Positions 19,408 through 28,896 are shown, numbered from the stretch's first letter. The stretch is DNA of 64,000 bases from Patescibacteria group bacterium (GCA_041650995.1 JBAZJZ010000001.1:71891-135890); one strand, 5' to 3'. The notes: generated from the sequence alone by a model not told the origin. Made by a program: numbers and translations.

Positions 19408-19840
19408 AAAAAAAGCCCGAGATTGGTGCGCTCTTTCGCTTTGTCGCGATGGCGTTGCCACCAAATTCCCGGGCTGTGCGCCGTGGGAAAATCAGCAGTT
19501 TGCATGGTCTCCCAAGCGCGAAGATCGTCAGGATCACGTTGTTGAGTTTGTTGAGCCGTTGCCGTTGAGCGTCGTCACCCACCTTCTCCGCAGTTCGCGG
19601 TTCGTCGCTTCTGCAACCACTTCTTGCCTGTGGATTTGCCACCCCAAAACATGATCGAACCTCCTTTCGGAGGACAATATCTGAAGCAGCAAGCCAAGAC
19701 CCGAAGGCCTCAAAGCTAAGCCGCGCATTTCGGCAATTGTTGTTTGCCTCGCGGCAGTCGCTCGCTGACCTAGAAGAGTCAAGTACCCACTACAACAGAA
19801 AAGCCTCCAGTTCGCGGACGGGGAAGCCCCGTCACTTCTG
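19408..19840 (-). ncRNA. Candidate structured ncRNA A (about 430 nt), family unknown
   Basis: Promoter at 19846-19874; - strand tetraloop hairpins CCTCC-GAAA-GGAGG, GGCC-TTCG-GGTC, TGCC-GCGA-GGCA; 3' stem GCCCGGGA/TCTCGGGC + T7. Confidence 0.65.
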
Positions 19841-19845
19841 CTTTT

Positions 19846-19874
19846 AATTTAACATAATCGCAGGGATTTGTCAA
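19846..19874 (-). promoter_or_regulatory. Sigma70-like promoter for RNA A
   Basis: TTGACA-17 bp-TAAATT with extended TG. Confidence 0.65.
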
Positions 19875-19904
19875 GTCAAATTGACAAATTATAAATAAGA
19901 GACA

Positions 19905-20885
19905 ATGTTTTCTAATATTATCGGCCATAGAAATATCACAAGTTTTCTGGAAAAAAGCTTGAAAAATTGGGAAATTTCCCATGCGTATTTGTTTTATGGT
20001 CCGGCGCATTTAGGCAAAAAAACTGTGACTAGTTGTTTTGCTGAAAGCCTGCTCGGCCAGCCGATTTTAAATCATCCTGATGTTTATGAAGTTCGCCGCG
20101 AGCGCAAGGAAAAAGAAGAAAAATTAGCTAAAAATATTAGTATTGAGCAGGTTAGAGAATTTCAACAAAAATTATCTTTAACCTCCTTTTTAAATTCATA
20201 TAAAATTGGTATTATAGAAGAGGCGGAAACCCTGAGCACTGAGGCGGCCAACAGTTTATTGAAGACCCTGGAAGAGCCGACGCCGAAAACCGTGATTATT
20301 CTTCTTTCCGCGACTATTTCTGCCTTGCCGGCGACGATTGTTTCCCGTTGCCAGACTTTGAAATTTTTGCCGGTCGCGAAAGAAAAAATTTATGATCAGC
20401 TTTTGAATCTTGGGGCAAGTCGTGATGAGGCAAGAGATTTGGCGGGAATTTCTTGGGGAAAACCAGGGCTTGCGTTTGATTTTTGGAAAGCTAAAAAAGA
20501 AGAGGGTAAGGATTCGGCCATGGCAGATTATGAAGAACAGGTGCAAAACATTTTGGATTTAATGAAGGCAGAAACAATGCGCGATAAAATGAAGATTTTT
20601 GACGAGGTTTTGGGAAAAGATTCGGGCACGGAAGATTTGTTTGGTTCGTTAAATCAGATTTTAGCTCTCTGGACTTCAGTTTTACGCGACGCGGTAATGC
20701 TTCGCCACGGATGTCCGGAACTCGTGGCTAACGCCAAATTTTCTGAAGAGATAAAAAAAGTTTCCAGCCGTTTTAGCGTAGATTTTTTTCCGCGGCTTTG
20801 TCGGGAAATCCGGCGCACGGGAAAATATTTTGGAGAAAATTTAAATCCGCGTTTGGTTTTAGAAAATTTATTATTATCATTTTAA
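19905..20885 (+). CDS. holB: DNA polymerase III delta-prime subunit
   Basis: HAYLFYGP.HLGK, HPD, ISIEQVR, AANSLLKTLEEP, TIVSRCQ. Confidence 0.92.
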   Translation: MFSNIIGHRNITSFLEKSLKNWEISHAYLFYGPAHLGKKTVTSCFAESLLGQPILNHPDVYEVRRERKEKEEKLAKNISIEQVREFQQKLSLTSFLNSYKIGIIEEAETLSTEAANSLLKTLEEPTPKTVIILLSATISALPATIVSRCQTLKFLPVAKEKIYDQLLNLGASRDEARDLAGISWGKPGLAFDFWKAKKEEGKDSAMADYEEQVQNILDLMKAETMRDKMKIFDEVLGKDSGTEDLFGSLNQILALWTSVLRDAVMLRHGCPELVANAKFSEEIKKVSSRFSVDFFPRLCREIRRTGKYFGENLNPRLVLENLLLSF

Positions 20886-20888
20886 AAA

Positions 20889-20971
20889 TGTCATTGCGGG
20901 GAGTCCCGACTTTGCTCGGGCAACGCGGCAATCCCATTGCTTGAGATTGCTTCACTTCGTTCGCAATGACA
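20889..20971. repeat. Palindromic intergenic repeat (TGTCATTGCG...CGCAATGACA type)
   Basis: Terminal inverted repeat TGTCATTGCG/CGCAATGACA with inner GCAATC/GATTGC stem; REP/RPE-like. Confidence 0.75.
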
Positions 20972-20979
20972 ATGTGATT

Positions 20980-22035
20980 ATGAAAAAAATCTATTTTGTT
21001 TTTTTTCTTTTGGCTGGTTTGGTTTTGACAGGCGCGGGTTGCATAAGTTTTACCGGCGGTGACCAAAGCGGGACGGACGGCGGGATTTTTAAATCAGTTG
21101 ATAAGGCGGAAAATTGGTTACAAAAAACGGCGGTGGCGGCAGTGAAGCCGGGAAGTTTGGCAAACGTGAATGTTGTGTCTTTGGTTTTTGATCCGCAAGA
21201 TTCAAAAACAATGTATTTGGCCACAGCCGAGAATGGCCTTTTTTATACGATTGATGGCGCGGAATCATGGTTTATTGCCGGCTCGCTTTCCGGCGGTAGA
21301 ATTAATGCCGTGGCGCCGGACGCGAAAGACAAATGCAACCTTTACGCCGCCGCGGGAAATAAAATTTTTAAAACAACAGATTGTACAAGAAGCTGGCAAA
21401 ATATTTATGTTGATACCAGAGCAGACCAGGTTGTAACCGCGCTCGCGACAGATTCTTACACCCCGAACATAATTTATGCCGGGCTTTCAGGCGGCGATCT
21501 TTTGAAATCCACAGATTCCGGAGCGAGTTGGACTGTAATTAAACGTTTTGAAAATGAGGTCAAGAAAATTTTGGTGAATTTTTATGACACAAGAATAATT
21601 TATGTGGGCACCCAGGGGCGGGGAGTTTGGAAAACAACCGATGGCGGGGCAAACTGGACGGACTTGAGTGAAAAATTAAATGAGTTTGATGGAGCGCGGG
21701 ATTTCAAGAACTTGATTTTGGATTTTTCCAAACATGATTCTTTGATTTTGGCGTCTCGCTACGGTTTGCTCCGGACGGCAGACGGCGGAGCGAACTGGCA
21801 GGCAATTCAGCTTTTGACGCCGCCGGGCAGCGTGGATATTTTTTCCTTGGCTGTGAATCCGCAAAATGGAAATGAAATTTATTATGGAACAAGTTCCACA
21901 CTTTACAAAACAGTGGACGGCGGAGCAAGATGGGTAACAAAAAAATTGCCAACCACTCGCGCCGCGACATATCTCCTGGTTGATCCGGGAAATGGCAACA
22001 TAGTATACCTCGGCACAACAAGATTTCAAAAGTAA
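20980..22035 (+). CDS. BNR/Asp-box repeat beta-propeller lipoprotein (Ycf48-like)
   Basis: Lipobox LTGAGC; repeated (S/T).DGG..W Asp-boxes. Confidence 0.85.
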   Translation: MKKIYFVFFLLAGLVLTGAGCISFTGGDQSGTDGGIFKSVDKAENWLQKTAVAAVKPGSLANVNVVSLVFDPQDSKTMYLATAENGLFYTIDGAESWFIAGSLSGGRINAVAPDAKDKCNLYAAAGNKIFKTTDCTRSWQNIYVDTRADQVVTALATDSYTPNIIYAGLSGGDLLKSTDSGASWTVIKRFENEVKKILVNFYDTRIIYVGTQGRGVWKTTDGGANWTDLSEKLNEFDGARDFKNLILDFSKHDSLILASRYGLLRTADGGANWQAIQLLTPPGSVDIFSLAVNPQNGNEIYYGTSSTLYKTVDGGARWVTKKLPTTRAATYLLVDPGNGNIVYLGTTRFQK

Positions 22036-22054
22036 TTTATAAACAAATAATTTT

Positions 22055-22381
22055 ATGACAGAAAAATTTCGAGGTGAGGGGGAGTCAACGTCAGAAAGTT
22101 TGCGCGCGGCGTATCGTGAGGCGAGGAAAGAGGGAGGTGCAATAGTGGCAGAACTACTTCAAGCGGTTAGAGAGATCGCGGCGAGCATGCCAGGCAAGGA
22201 AGAGTCAGTAATACAAGGCGAGTTACGCAAAAATATCCGGGTAAGGGAGATCTATACCCGATGGGACAAGGCAATAGCGAGAAGACAGAAAGCTTACGGA
22301 GAGTGGAGAAGATTTAGAGATACTGAGGGGGACCAGGCGGTGTACGAAGAAGATGAAGAAGAAGATTGGGAAAACTGGTGA
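22055..22381 (+). CDS. Hypothetical protein
   Basis: Purine-rich ORF in operon orientation; no motif. Confidence 0.5.
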   Translation: MTEKFRGEGESTSESLRAAYREARKEGGAIVAELLQAVREIAASMPGKEESVIQGELRKNIRVREIYTRWDKAIARRQKAYGEWRRFRDTEGDQAVYEEDEEEDWENW

Positions 22382-22418
22382 AGATTTTTGATAAGTAATA
22401 TTTTATAAGTTCAAAAAT

Positions 22419-22973
22419 ATGAATAATTTTTTAGAAACACACAAAGAAGATTTTACAAAAGTCGTGGAGCATTTGAAGGGCGAGCTTTCATCGCTCCGAA
22501 CCGGACGGGCGAACGCCTCGCTTGTGGAAAATATCACAGTTGAAGCGTACGGCGTCAAAACCCCGATCCGCGGTTTGGCTAATATTACCGTTCCTGATCC
22601 GAGAACCTTAGTTATTGAACCTTGGGATAAAAGTGTTATTAAAGATATGGAAAAAGCGATTCAGATGGCGAACACGGGTATTAATCCGGTAAATGAAGGA
22701 ACAAAAATTCGGCTTTCTATGCCACAGATGACCGAAGAAAATAGAAAAGAGATGATAAAAATTCTTGGCCAAAAGCTGGAGCAGGCGAGGATAAGTTTAC
22801 GAAACGTCCGCGAAACGGTGAAAGATGAAATTGCGAAAGCGGAAAAAGATAAAGAAATTGGTGAAGATGAAAAATTCAGGTTTCAGGAGGAATTGGAAGA
22901 ATTTGTTAAAGAAAAAAATGAGGAAGTAAAAGAGATTGGGGAGAAGAAGGAGAAGGAGTTGATGACGATTTGA
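22419..22973 (+). CDS. frr: Ribosome recycling factor
   Basis: LRTGRAN, VEAYG, PWDKS, P.MTEENRKE. Confidence 0.96.
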   Translation: MNNFLETHKEDFTKVVEHLKGELSSLRTGRANASLVENITVEAYGVKTPIRGLANITVPDPRTLVIEPWDKSVIKDMEKAIQMANTGINPVNEGTKIRLSMPQMTEENRKEMIKILGQKLEQARISLRNVRETVKDEIAKAEKDKEIGEDEKFRFQEELEEFVKEKNEEVKEIGEKKEKELMTI

Positions 22974-23015
22974 TTGAAGTAACGAGTAACGGGTAACGAG
23001 TAAATTTATTTTTTT

Positions 23016-24704
23016 ATGAAAAAAGAAAAAAATAATGGCGTCGAGTTGATGGATAAAATCGTTTCGCTCTGTAAGCGGCGCGGTTTTATTTTTCCCGGTT
23101 CGGAAATTTATGGCGGCATGGCAAATTCTTGGGATTACGGGCCGCTCGGAGTGGAATTGAAAAATAATATTAAACAGGCTTGGTGGAAAAAATTTGTTCA
23201 TTCTCGGACAGATATGGTTGGGATTGACGCGGCGCTGATTATGAATCCGAAAGTTTGGGAAGCGTCGGGGCATTTGAAAAATTTTACCGATCCACTCGTG
23301 GAATGTAAAAAATGCCACGAGAGATTTCGCGCGGATAAGCTGATCAGTGATAATCAAAAAGTTGTTCTATTGCAAAAAGAGTTATCAGATTTTATAGAAA
23401 AATATTTGAAGGATAACCTCGGCGAGGCGGAAGGTAAGGCAAACCAAGTTGAATATCTTACCTTGGGGTTTGATGGTGAGATTAAAGATTCTGATTATTC
23501 AGGGAGAGAACAGGAAAAAATTATAAAGTATTTTAAAAAAGCTGCCCAACAAGCATTTGATTTAATACATTACGACGTAGACGTTAATGAGGAAGGTCAC
23601 TATGAAGGTGGGTGGGATTTTAGGGAAGCATTTCTGCGACGATTTTCCCCAGTAGACATAAAAGATTTAGCTGAAGAATTATATCTTGATCGCGAAATAA
23701 AGTGCCCGGCTTGTGACGGGAGGGATTGGGGCGCTACACGTCAATTTAATTTGATGTTTAAAACTTTCATCGGTCCGGCTGAAGAGTCGGCGAATGTGGC
23801 GTATTTCCGGCCCGAAACGGCGCAGGCAATGTTTGTGGATTTTAAACAAGTGGCGGAAACTTCAAGAAAAAGAATTCCCTTTGGCATTGCCCAAATTGGC
23901 AAGGCTTTCAGAAATGAAATTACACCGGGAAATTTTATTTTTCGCACCCGCGAGTTTGAACAAATGGAAATAGAATATTTTATCCGGGAAAAAGATTGGG
24001 AAAAGACTTTTGAATATTGGCATGAGGAAATGTATAAATGGATGGGGGAGTTGGGTTTGAAAAAAGAGCATCTGCACGATTTGGAAGTTCCGGAAAAAGA
24101 ACGGGCGCATTATTCCAAACGGACAATTGATATTGAATATGATTTTCCTTTTGGCACGGATGAACTTTACGGCCTGGCTTATCGCACAGATTTTGATTTA
24201 GAAAATCACGCGAAAGCGAGCGGCCAGAGTTTAGAATATTTGGATCCGGAAACGCAGGAAAAATTTATTCCGCACGTGATTGAACCGACTTTTGGAGTGG
24301 ATCGTTCTGTTCTCGCTGTGCTTTGCGAATCATATAATGAAGAAGAAGCGCCGACGGCGGAAGAAGGAAAAACAGAGCCACGGGTGGTTTTAAAATTTCC
24401 GAAATGGCTCGCGCCGATTAAAGTCGCGATTTTGCCGCTTTCCAAAAAAGAGGAATTGGCAAAAGTGGCTCGGCCGATTTACGAAGACTTGGTCAAATAT
24501 TTCATTTGCGAATACGACGAAACGCAATCCATCGGCAAACGCTACCGTCGCCAGGATGAAATCGGCACGCCGTATTGTGTGACAGTTGATTTTGAAACTT
24601 TGGAAGATAAATCCGTGACGGTGCGCGACCGCGACACAATGAAACAAGAAAGAATAAAGATTGAGGAATTGGTTGATTATTTAAAAATTAAATTGGAGGA
24701 GTAA
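23016..24704 (+). CDS. glyQS: Glycine--tRNA ligase, alpha2 type, with an internal insertion
   Basis: KRRGF, DYGPLG, RPETAQ, GKAFRNEI.P, FRTREFEQME, IGKRYRRQDEIGTP. Confidence 0.95.
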   Translation: MKKEKNNGVELMDKIVSLCKRRGFIFPGSEIYGGMANSWDYGPLGVELKNNIKQAWWKKFVHSRTDMVGIDAALIMNPKVWEASGHLKNFTDPLVECKKCHERFRADKLISDNQKVVLLQKELSDFIEKYLKDNLGEAEGKANQVEYLTLGFDGEIKDSDYSGREQEKIIKYFKKAAQQAFDLIHYDVDVNEEGHYEGGWDFREAFLRRFSPVDIKDLAEELYLDREIKCPACDGRDWGATRQFNLMFKTFIGPAEESANVAYFRPETAQAMFVDFKQVAETSRKRIPFGIAQIGKAFRNEITPGNFIFRTREFEQMEIEYFIREKDWEKTFEYWHEEMYKWMGELGLKKEHLHDLEVPEKERAHYSKRTIDIEYDFPFGTDELYGLAYRTDFDLENHAKASGQSLEYLDPETQEKFIPHVIEPTFGVDRSVLAVLCESYNEEEAPTAEEGKTEPRVVLKFPKWLAPIKVAILPLSKKEELAKVARPIYEDLVKYFICEYDETQSIGKRYRRQDEIGTPYCVTVDFETLEDKSVTVRDRDTMKQERIKIEELVDYLKIKLEE

Positions 24705-24708
24705 AATT

Positions 24709-25002
24709 ATGCCAATCAACAATCCATCAGGAGAACAACACGCAGAACAACTTAGGATGCACGGCGAAGAACTTAGAGATCAATTCGAAAAAATAACGCA
24801 AAAACTTAACGCGGTTTTTGGCGCGGATGGTTATAGTATTGATACAGATGGTTTTGTTGTTCTTACTAATCCAGAAAATTCATTAACAGAAGCCGAACAG
24901 AAAACTTTGGTTGAAGGAGACACGGAAGTCCACAGGATTTATGATGAATCTAAAAAATTAGGTTTGGATATTTTTAGAAGACCTTCGGATAAGATTCATT
25001 AA
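24709..25002 (+). CDS. Hypothetical protein
   Basis: ORF filling the gap between glyQS and the peptidase gene. Confidence 0.5.
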   Translation: MPINNPSGEQHAEQLRMHGEELRDQFEKITQKLNAVFGADGYSIDTDGFVVLTNPENSLTEAEQKTLVEGDTEVHRIYDESKKLGLDIFRRPSDKIH

Positions 25003-25040
25003 TTTTGAGATGTATCTGTAAAAATCGTCTAATTATTTTT

Positions 25041-26309
25041 ATGTTTGAAAAAAAAGTATTAAAGAGCGGATTGCGTTTGATTACTTCGCCAATTTCCGGC
25101 ACGGAAGCGGCGACGATTTTGGTTTTGTGTAAAGTCGGTTCGCGTTATGAAGAGTTGGCGCAAAATGGCGTTTCCCATTTTATTGAACACATGATGTTTA
25201 AGGGAACAAAAAAACGGCCAGAGACGATTGATATTTCCCGCGATTTGGACAGCGTGGGGGCCGAGTATAATGCTTTTACTTCGCGCGACAACACTGGTTA
25301 TTATATAAAAATTGAGCAAGATAAAATTGAGTTGGCGCTGGACATGCTTTCCGATATGCTTTGGAATTCTAAATTCGATGAAAAAGAAATTAAGAGCGAA
25401 TCGGGAGTAATTTCTGAAGAAATCAGGATGTATGAAGATAATCCAATGATGTTTATTGAAGATCTTTTGGAGCAGACAATGTTTGGCGATCATCCGCTCG
25501 GACGGAAAATCAGCGGTGATGTGGCGACCGTGAAAAGTTTCAATAGAAAAATGATGTTGGAATACAGAGATAAATTTTATCAGCCAAATAATACGGTTCT
25601 GGCTTTGGCCGGAAAATTTGATAATAAGGCCGTGGTGCTCGCGGAAAAATATTTTGGCGCGGGCGGAGTTAAAGTAAAACCAGCTTTTAAAAAATTTGAT
25701 TTTTCCGTAAAAGAAGCTAAGCCGAAATTAAAAGTTCAATTTAAAGAAACCGAGCAGGTTCAGCTCGCTATCGGCTTCCCTGGTTTTTCCCATTCCGATT
25801 CGAAACTTTACGCGCTTCAATTGATGAGTATAATTTTGGGCGGCTATATGAGTTCACGCCTTTTTATTTCCATTCGCGAGAAGCGAGGATTGTGTTATTT
25901 TATCAGATCATACACGAATGTTTATGAAGACACAGGAAATTTAGTAATCCAGTCCGGACTTGATAAAACAAGAATTACCTCGGCAATCGGCGCGATTTTT
26001 GAAGAGCTGGATAAAATTGCCCGAAACGGCGTGACCGAGGAAGAATTAGAACGGGCGAAGGAGTGCGTTAAAGGGCGCCTCGTTTTGGCGCTTGAAGATT
26101 CAAGCCAGGTGGCTGATTGGTATGCCAAGCAGGATCTTTTGACTGGAGAAATTTTGACACCGGAAGAAAAAGTGAAAAAAGTTTTTGCCGTGGCAGCGGG
26201 CGATATCAAAAAAATTGCCGAAGAGGTAATGCAGAAAAAAAATATGACAGTTGCTCTGATCGGGCCGTTCAAAGATGAAACGCCGTTCGCGAAATTTTTA
26301 AAGTTATAA
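25041..26309 (+). CDS. M16 (pitrilysin) family zinc peptidase
   Basis: HFIEHMMFKGT (HxxEH), NAFTS, SSRLF. Confidence 0.93.
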   Translation: MFEKKVLKSGLRLITSPISGTEAATILVLCKVGSRYEELAQNGVSHFIEHMMFKGTKKRPETIDISRDLDSVGAEYNAFTSRDNTGYYIKIEQDKIELALDMLSDMLWNSKFDEKEIKSESGVISEEIRMYEDNPMMFIEDLLEQTMFGDHPLGRKISGDVATVKSFNRKMMLEYRDKFYQPNNTVLALAGKFDNKAVVLAEKYFGAGGVKVKPAFKKFDFSVKEAKPKLKVQFKETEQVQLAIGFPGFSHSDSKLYALQLMSIILGGYMSSRLFISIREKRGLCYFIRSYTNVYEDTGNLVIQSGLDKTRITSAIGAIFEELDKIARNGVTEEELERAKECVKGRLVLALEDSSQVADWYAKQDLLTGEILTPEEKVKKVFAVAAGDIKKIAEEVMQKKNMTVALIGPFKDETPFAKFLKL

Positions 26310-26319
26310 AAATTTTAAT

Positions 26320-27093
26320 ATGAAAAAAAAGATTTTTGTCGCCAACTGGAAGATGAACCTGACTGTCGCCGAAACAGAAAATCTTACGGAAAAATTGAGC
26401 CAAGAATTACGGACTCTCGCGGATAAAAAAACAGAAATAATTCTTTGTCCGGCTTTTCCCGCCCTGGACAATCTTTCAGCTATTTTAAAAAAAGAAAATC
26501 CCGCGGATTTTAAAATTGGGGCGCAAGATGTTTTTTGGGAAGAGAAGGGCGCGTTTACCGGAGAAGTTTCAGTGAAAATGTTAAAAGAAGCCGATTGCCA
26601 ATATGTGATTGTCGGTCATTCGGAGCGGCGGAAAAATTTGGGAGAGACAGACGAGATGGTAAACAAAAAAGTAAAAATTTTATTAGAAAACGATCTTACT
26701 CCGATTGTTTGTGTTGGAGAAACTTTTGAAGAAAGACAAAAAGGAATTCGCGACGTCGTCGTGGCGCGAGAAACTGCGGCGGCGATGGATGGCGTAAATC
26801 TTTTTGGAAATAAAAAAATTATTATTGCTTACGAACCGGTCTGGGTTATCGGCACGGGCCAGGCAGTGGAGCCTGAAGACGCGGAACATTCTCATCGGAT
26901 GATCCGCGAGGCGCTGTTTGAAATTTTTCCGGTAGACATCGTGGAAAAACATTTCCAAATTATTTATGGCGGCAGCATTGACGACAAAAATATAAAAGAT
27001 TTTTTGGAGCGGGAAAATATAGAGGGAGTTTTGGTCGGCGGCGCTTCGCTTAAAACCGAAGAATTTGTTAAAATGATAAAAGCGATAGCATAA
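26320..27093 (+). CDS. tpiA: Triosephosphate isomerase
   Basis: ANWKMN, GHSERR, AYEPVWVIGTG, LVGGASL. Confidence 0.96.
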   Translation: MKKKIFVANWKMNLTVAETENLTEKLSQELRTLADKKTEIILCPAFPALDNLSAILKKENPADFKIGAQDVFWEEKGAFTGEVSVKMLKEADCQYVIVGHSERRKNLGETDEMVNKKVKILLENDLTPIVCVGETFEERQKGIRDVVVARETAAAMDGVNLFGNKKIIIAYEPVWVIGTGQAVEPEDAEHSHRMIREALFEIFPVDIVEKHFQIIYGGSIDDKNIKDFLERENIEGVLVGGASLKTEEFVKMIKAIA

Positions 27094-27098
27094 TTTTT

Positions 27099-27965
27099 AT
27101 GCCACTTGTCCACATCAAAAATTTATTGAAAGATGCGAGCCGCGGGGAATACGCCCTCGGCGCGTTTAACACGCAGAATCTGGAAACTACTTTGGCGATA
27201 ATGCGCGCAGCCGAAGAAAATCGCGCGTCGCTTGTGATTCAAGTCAGCGAGGCGACGATTGATTACGCTGGTTTGGAATCAATCACGGAAATTATGAAAA
27301 CCGCGGCGAAGAAGGAAATGAAACTCGGACGGGCGGCCCTGCATCTTGATCACGGGAAAAAATTTGAATCAATAGTAAATTGCATTAAGGCCGGGTTTTC
27401 TTCAATTATGATGGACGCATCGCATTTGCCCTTTCGAGAAAATATCGCGATAACGCGACGGGCGGCGCAATACGCGCATAAACACGGAGTTTTTGCTCAA
27501 GGAGAATTGGGGCGTCTCGCGGGCGTGGAAGATGTTGTTCGCGTTGCCGGACACGAAGCTTTTATGACGCATCCGGATGAGGCGGCGGAATTTGTTAAAA
27601 AAACCGGCATTGACACGCTCGCGGTTTCCGTTGGCAATGTTCACGGCATAATGAAAATAAGAAAAGGCGTGCCAAAATTAGACCTCGCGCGCTTGAAAGA
27701 AATCGGAAAAAAAGTTAAGGTCCCATTAGTGTTGCATGGCGCTTCAGGCATTCCAAAGGAAGAAATAAAAAAAGCGATAAAATTAGGTATCAGAATTATT
27801 AATATTGATACAGAAATCAGGTTGGCTTTTACGGATTCTCTTCGAACAACACTTTCAGGAGATAAAAGTATTTTTGATCCAAGGAAAGTTTTGACGCCCG
27901 CGATGACGGCGATGGAAAAAGTTGTGGCAGAGAAGATAAAGATTTTTGGCAGCGCGAGGAAATAA
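27099..27965 (+). CDS. fba: Class II fructose-bisphosphate aldolase
   Basis: LHLDHG, MMDAS, GNVHG, LVLHGASG, INIDT. Confidence 0.93.
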   Translation: MPLVHIKNLLKDASRGEYALGAFNTQNLETTLAIMRAAEENRASLVIQVSEATIDYAGLESITEIMKTAAKKEMKLGRAALHLDHGKKFESIVNCIKAGFSSIMMDASHLPFRENIAITRRAAQYAHKHGVFAQGELGRLAGVEDVVRVAGHEAFMTHPDEAAEFVKKTGIDTLAVSVGNVHGIMKIRKGVPKLDLARLKEIGKKVKVPLVLHGASGIPKEEIKKAIKLGIRIINIDTEIRLAFTDSLRTTLSGDKSIFDPRKVLTPAMTAMEKVVAEKIKIFGSARK

Positions 27966-27980
27966 TTTTAATTTTAAAGT

Positions 27981-28763
27981 ATGTCTCCTTACGATATTAT
28001 TCCATTAGGAATTATAGCACTTTCTTTGGCCGGAATTATTTTTATTATTGTTAAGAAATTTCCCATTTTGGCGTCCATTAATATTGAAACTATAAAGAGT
28101 GAGCAGGAGGCTGTTAAAAAAGAAAAAATAGTCGCGGAAAGACTTAGCCGAAAAATTTCCAGCATGGGAAAGTTTCTGTACGCGCTTCTTTTGCCGATCG
28201 GCCGAGTCCTAAAGTTATTCTTTTCAAAAATTTACGAGAAAGTTTTGGATTGGGAAAAAAAATATGGCAAGAAAAAGAAAAAGCCTATTTCGCTTCCTGA
28301 TTCAGAGGAAGAAATTAAAACTCTTTTTTTTGAAGCGGAGGAATGTTCAAGAACAGGAAAGTTGGAAGAAGCAGAGCAAAAATGTATAGGTATTATTTCT
28401 CTCGATCATAAAAATATAGACGCGTATAAAAAATTGGGCGCGATTTACGTTGAACAAAAAAATTATGAGAATGCTTTTGAAACTTTCAGGCATATTCTCA
28501 AATTAAATCCCAATGACGTAGAGACGATTTTTGATTTGGCTTCACTTCATCGAGAGCGGGGAGAAAATGAGGAGGCACTCGCAAATTTCAAGCGAGCAGT
28601 TGAACTTGAACCGACAAGTCCTAAAAACCTTGATTTTTTAATTGATATAAGTATAATAGTAAAGAATAAAGATTTGGCCGAAGAAACACTTAAGAAGCTA
28701 AAAGAGGTTAATCCTGAAAATCAGAAGCTCGCGGAATTTGAAGAAAGAATAAAAGCAATGTAG
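27981..28763 (+). CDS. Membrane-anchored TPR protein
   Basis: N-terminal TM plus TPR repeats (AY..LG..Y...F..ILKLNP). Confidence 0.8.
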   Translation: MSPYDIIPLGIIALSLAGIIFIIVKKFPILASINIETIKSEQEAVKKEKIVAERLSRKISSMGKFLYALLLPIGRVLKLFFSKIYEKVLDWEKKYGKKKKKPISLPDSEEEIKTLFFEAEECSRTGKLEEAEQKCIGIISLDHKNIDAYKKLGAIYVEQKNYENAFETFRHILKLNPNDVETIFDLASLHRERGENEEALANFKRAVELEPTSPKNLDFLIDISIIVKNKDLAEETLKKLKEVNPENQKLAEFEERIKAM

Positions 28764-28820
28764 GGCGATTTAAAAAAATTGAAGACCGCGCATAAACTTT
28801 TTTATTTTTAGCTATTTTAG

Positions 28821-28896
28821 GCCGTTGTAGCTCAGTCGGTAGAGCAACTCCATGGTAAGGAGTAGGTCGCCGGTTCAATTCCGGCCAACGGCTCCA
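28821..28896 (+). tRNA. tRNA-Thr(GGT)
   Basis: GCCGTTG...CAACGGC-T-CCA, anticodon loop ATGGTAA. Confidence 0.92.

Noticed and set aside
19575-19652. 25-codon ORF MFWGGKSTGKK... with AAGGAGG SD inside RNA A
   Set aside because: The apparent SD is the 3' arm of a GAAA-tetraloop hairpin and the peptide has no recognisable features; not fully excluded
23345-23695. Intein in glyQS
   Set aside because: No C-terminal His-Asn followed by Cys/Ser/Thr and no LAGLIDADG motif
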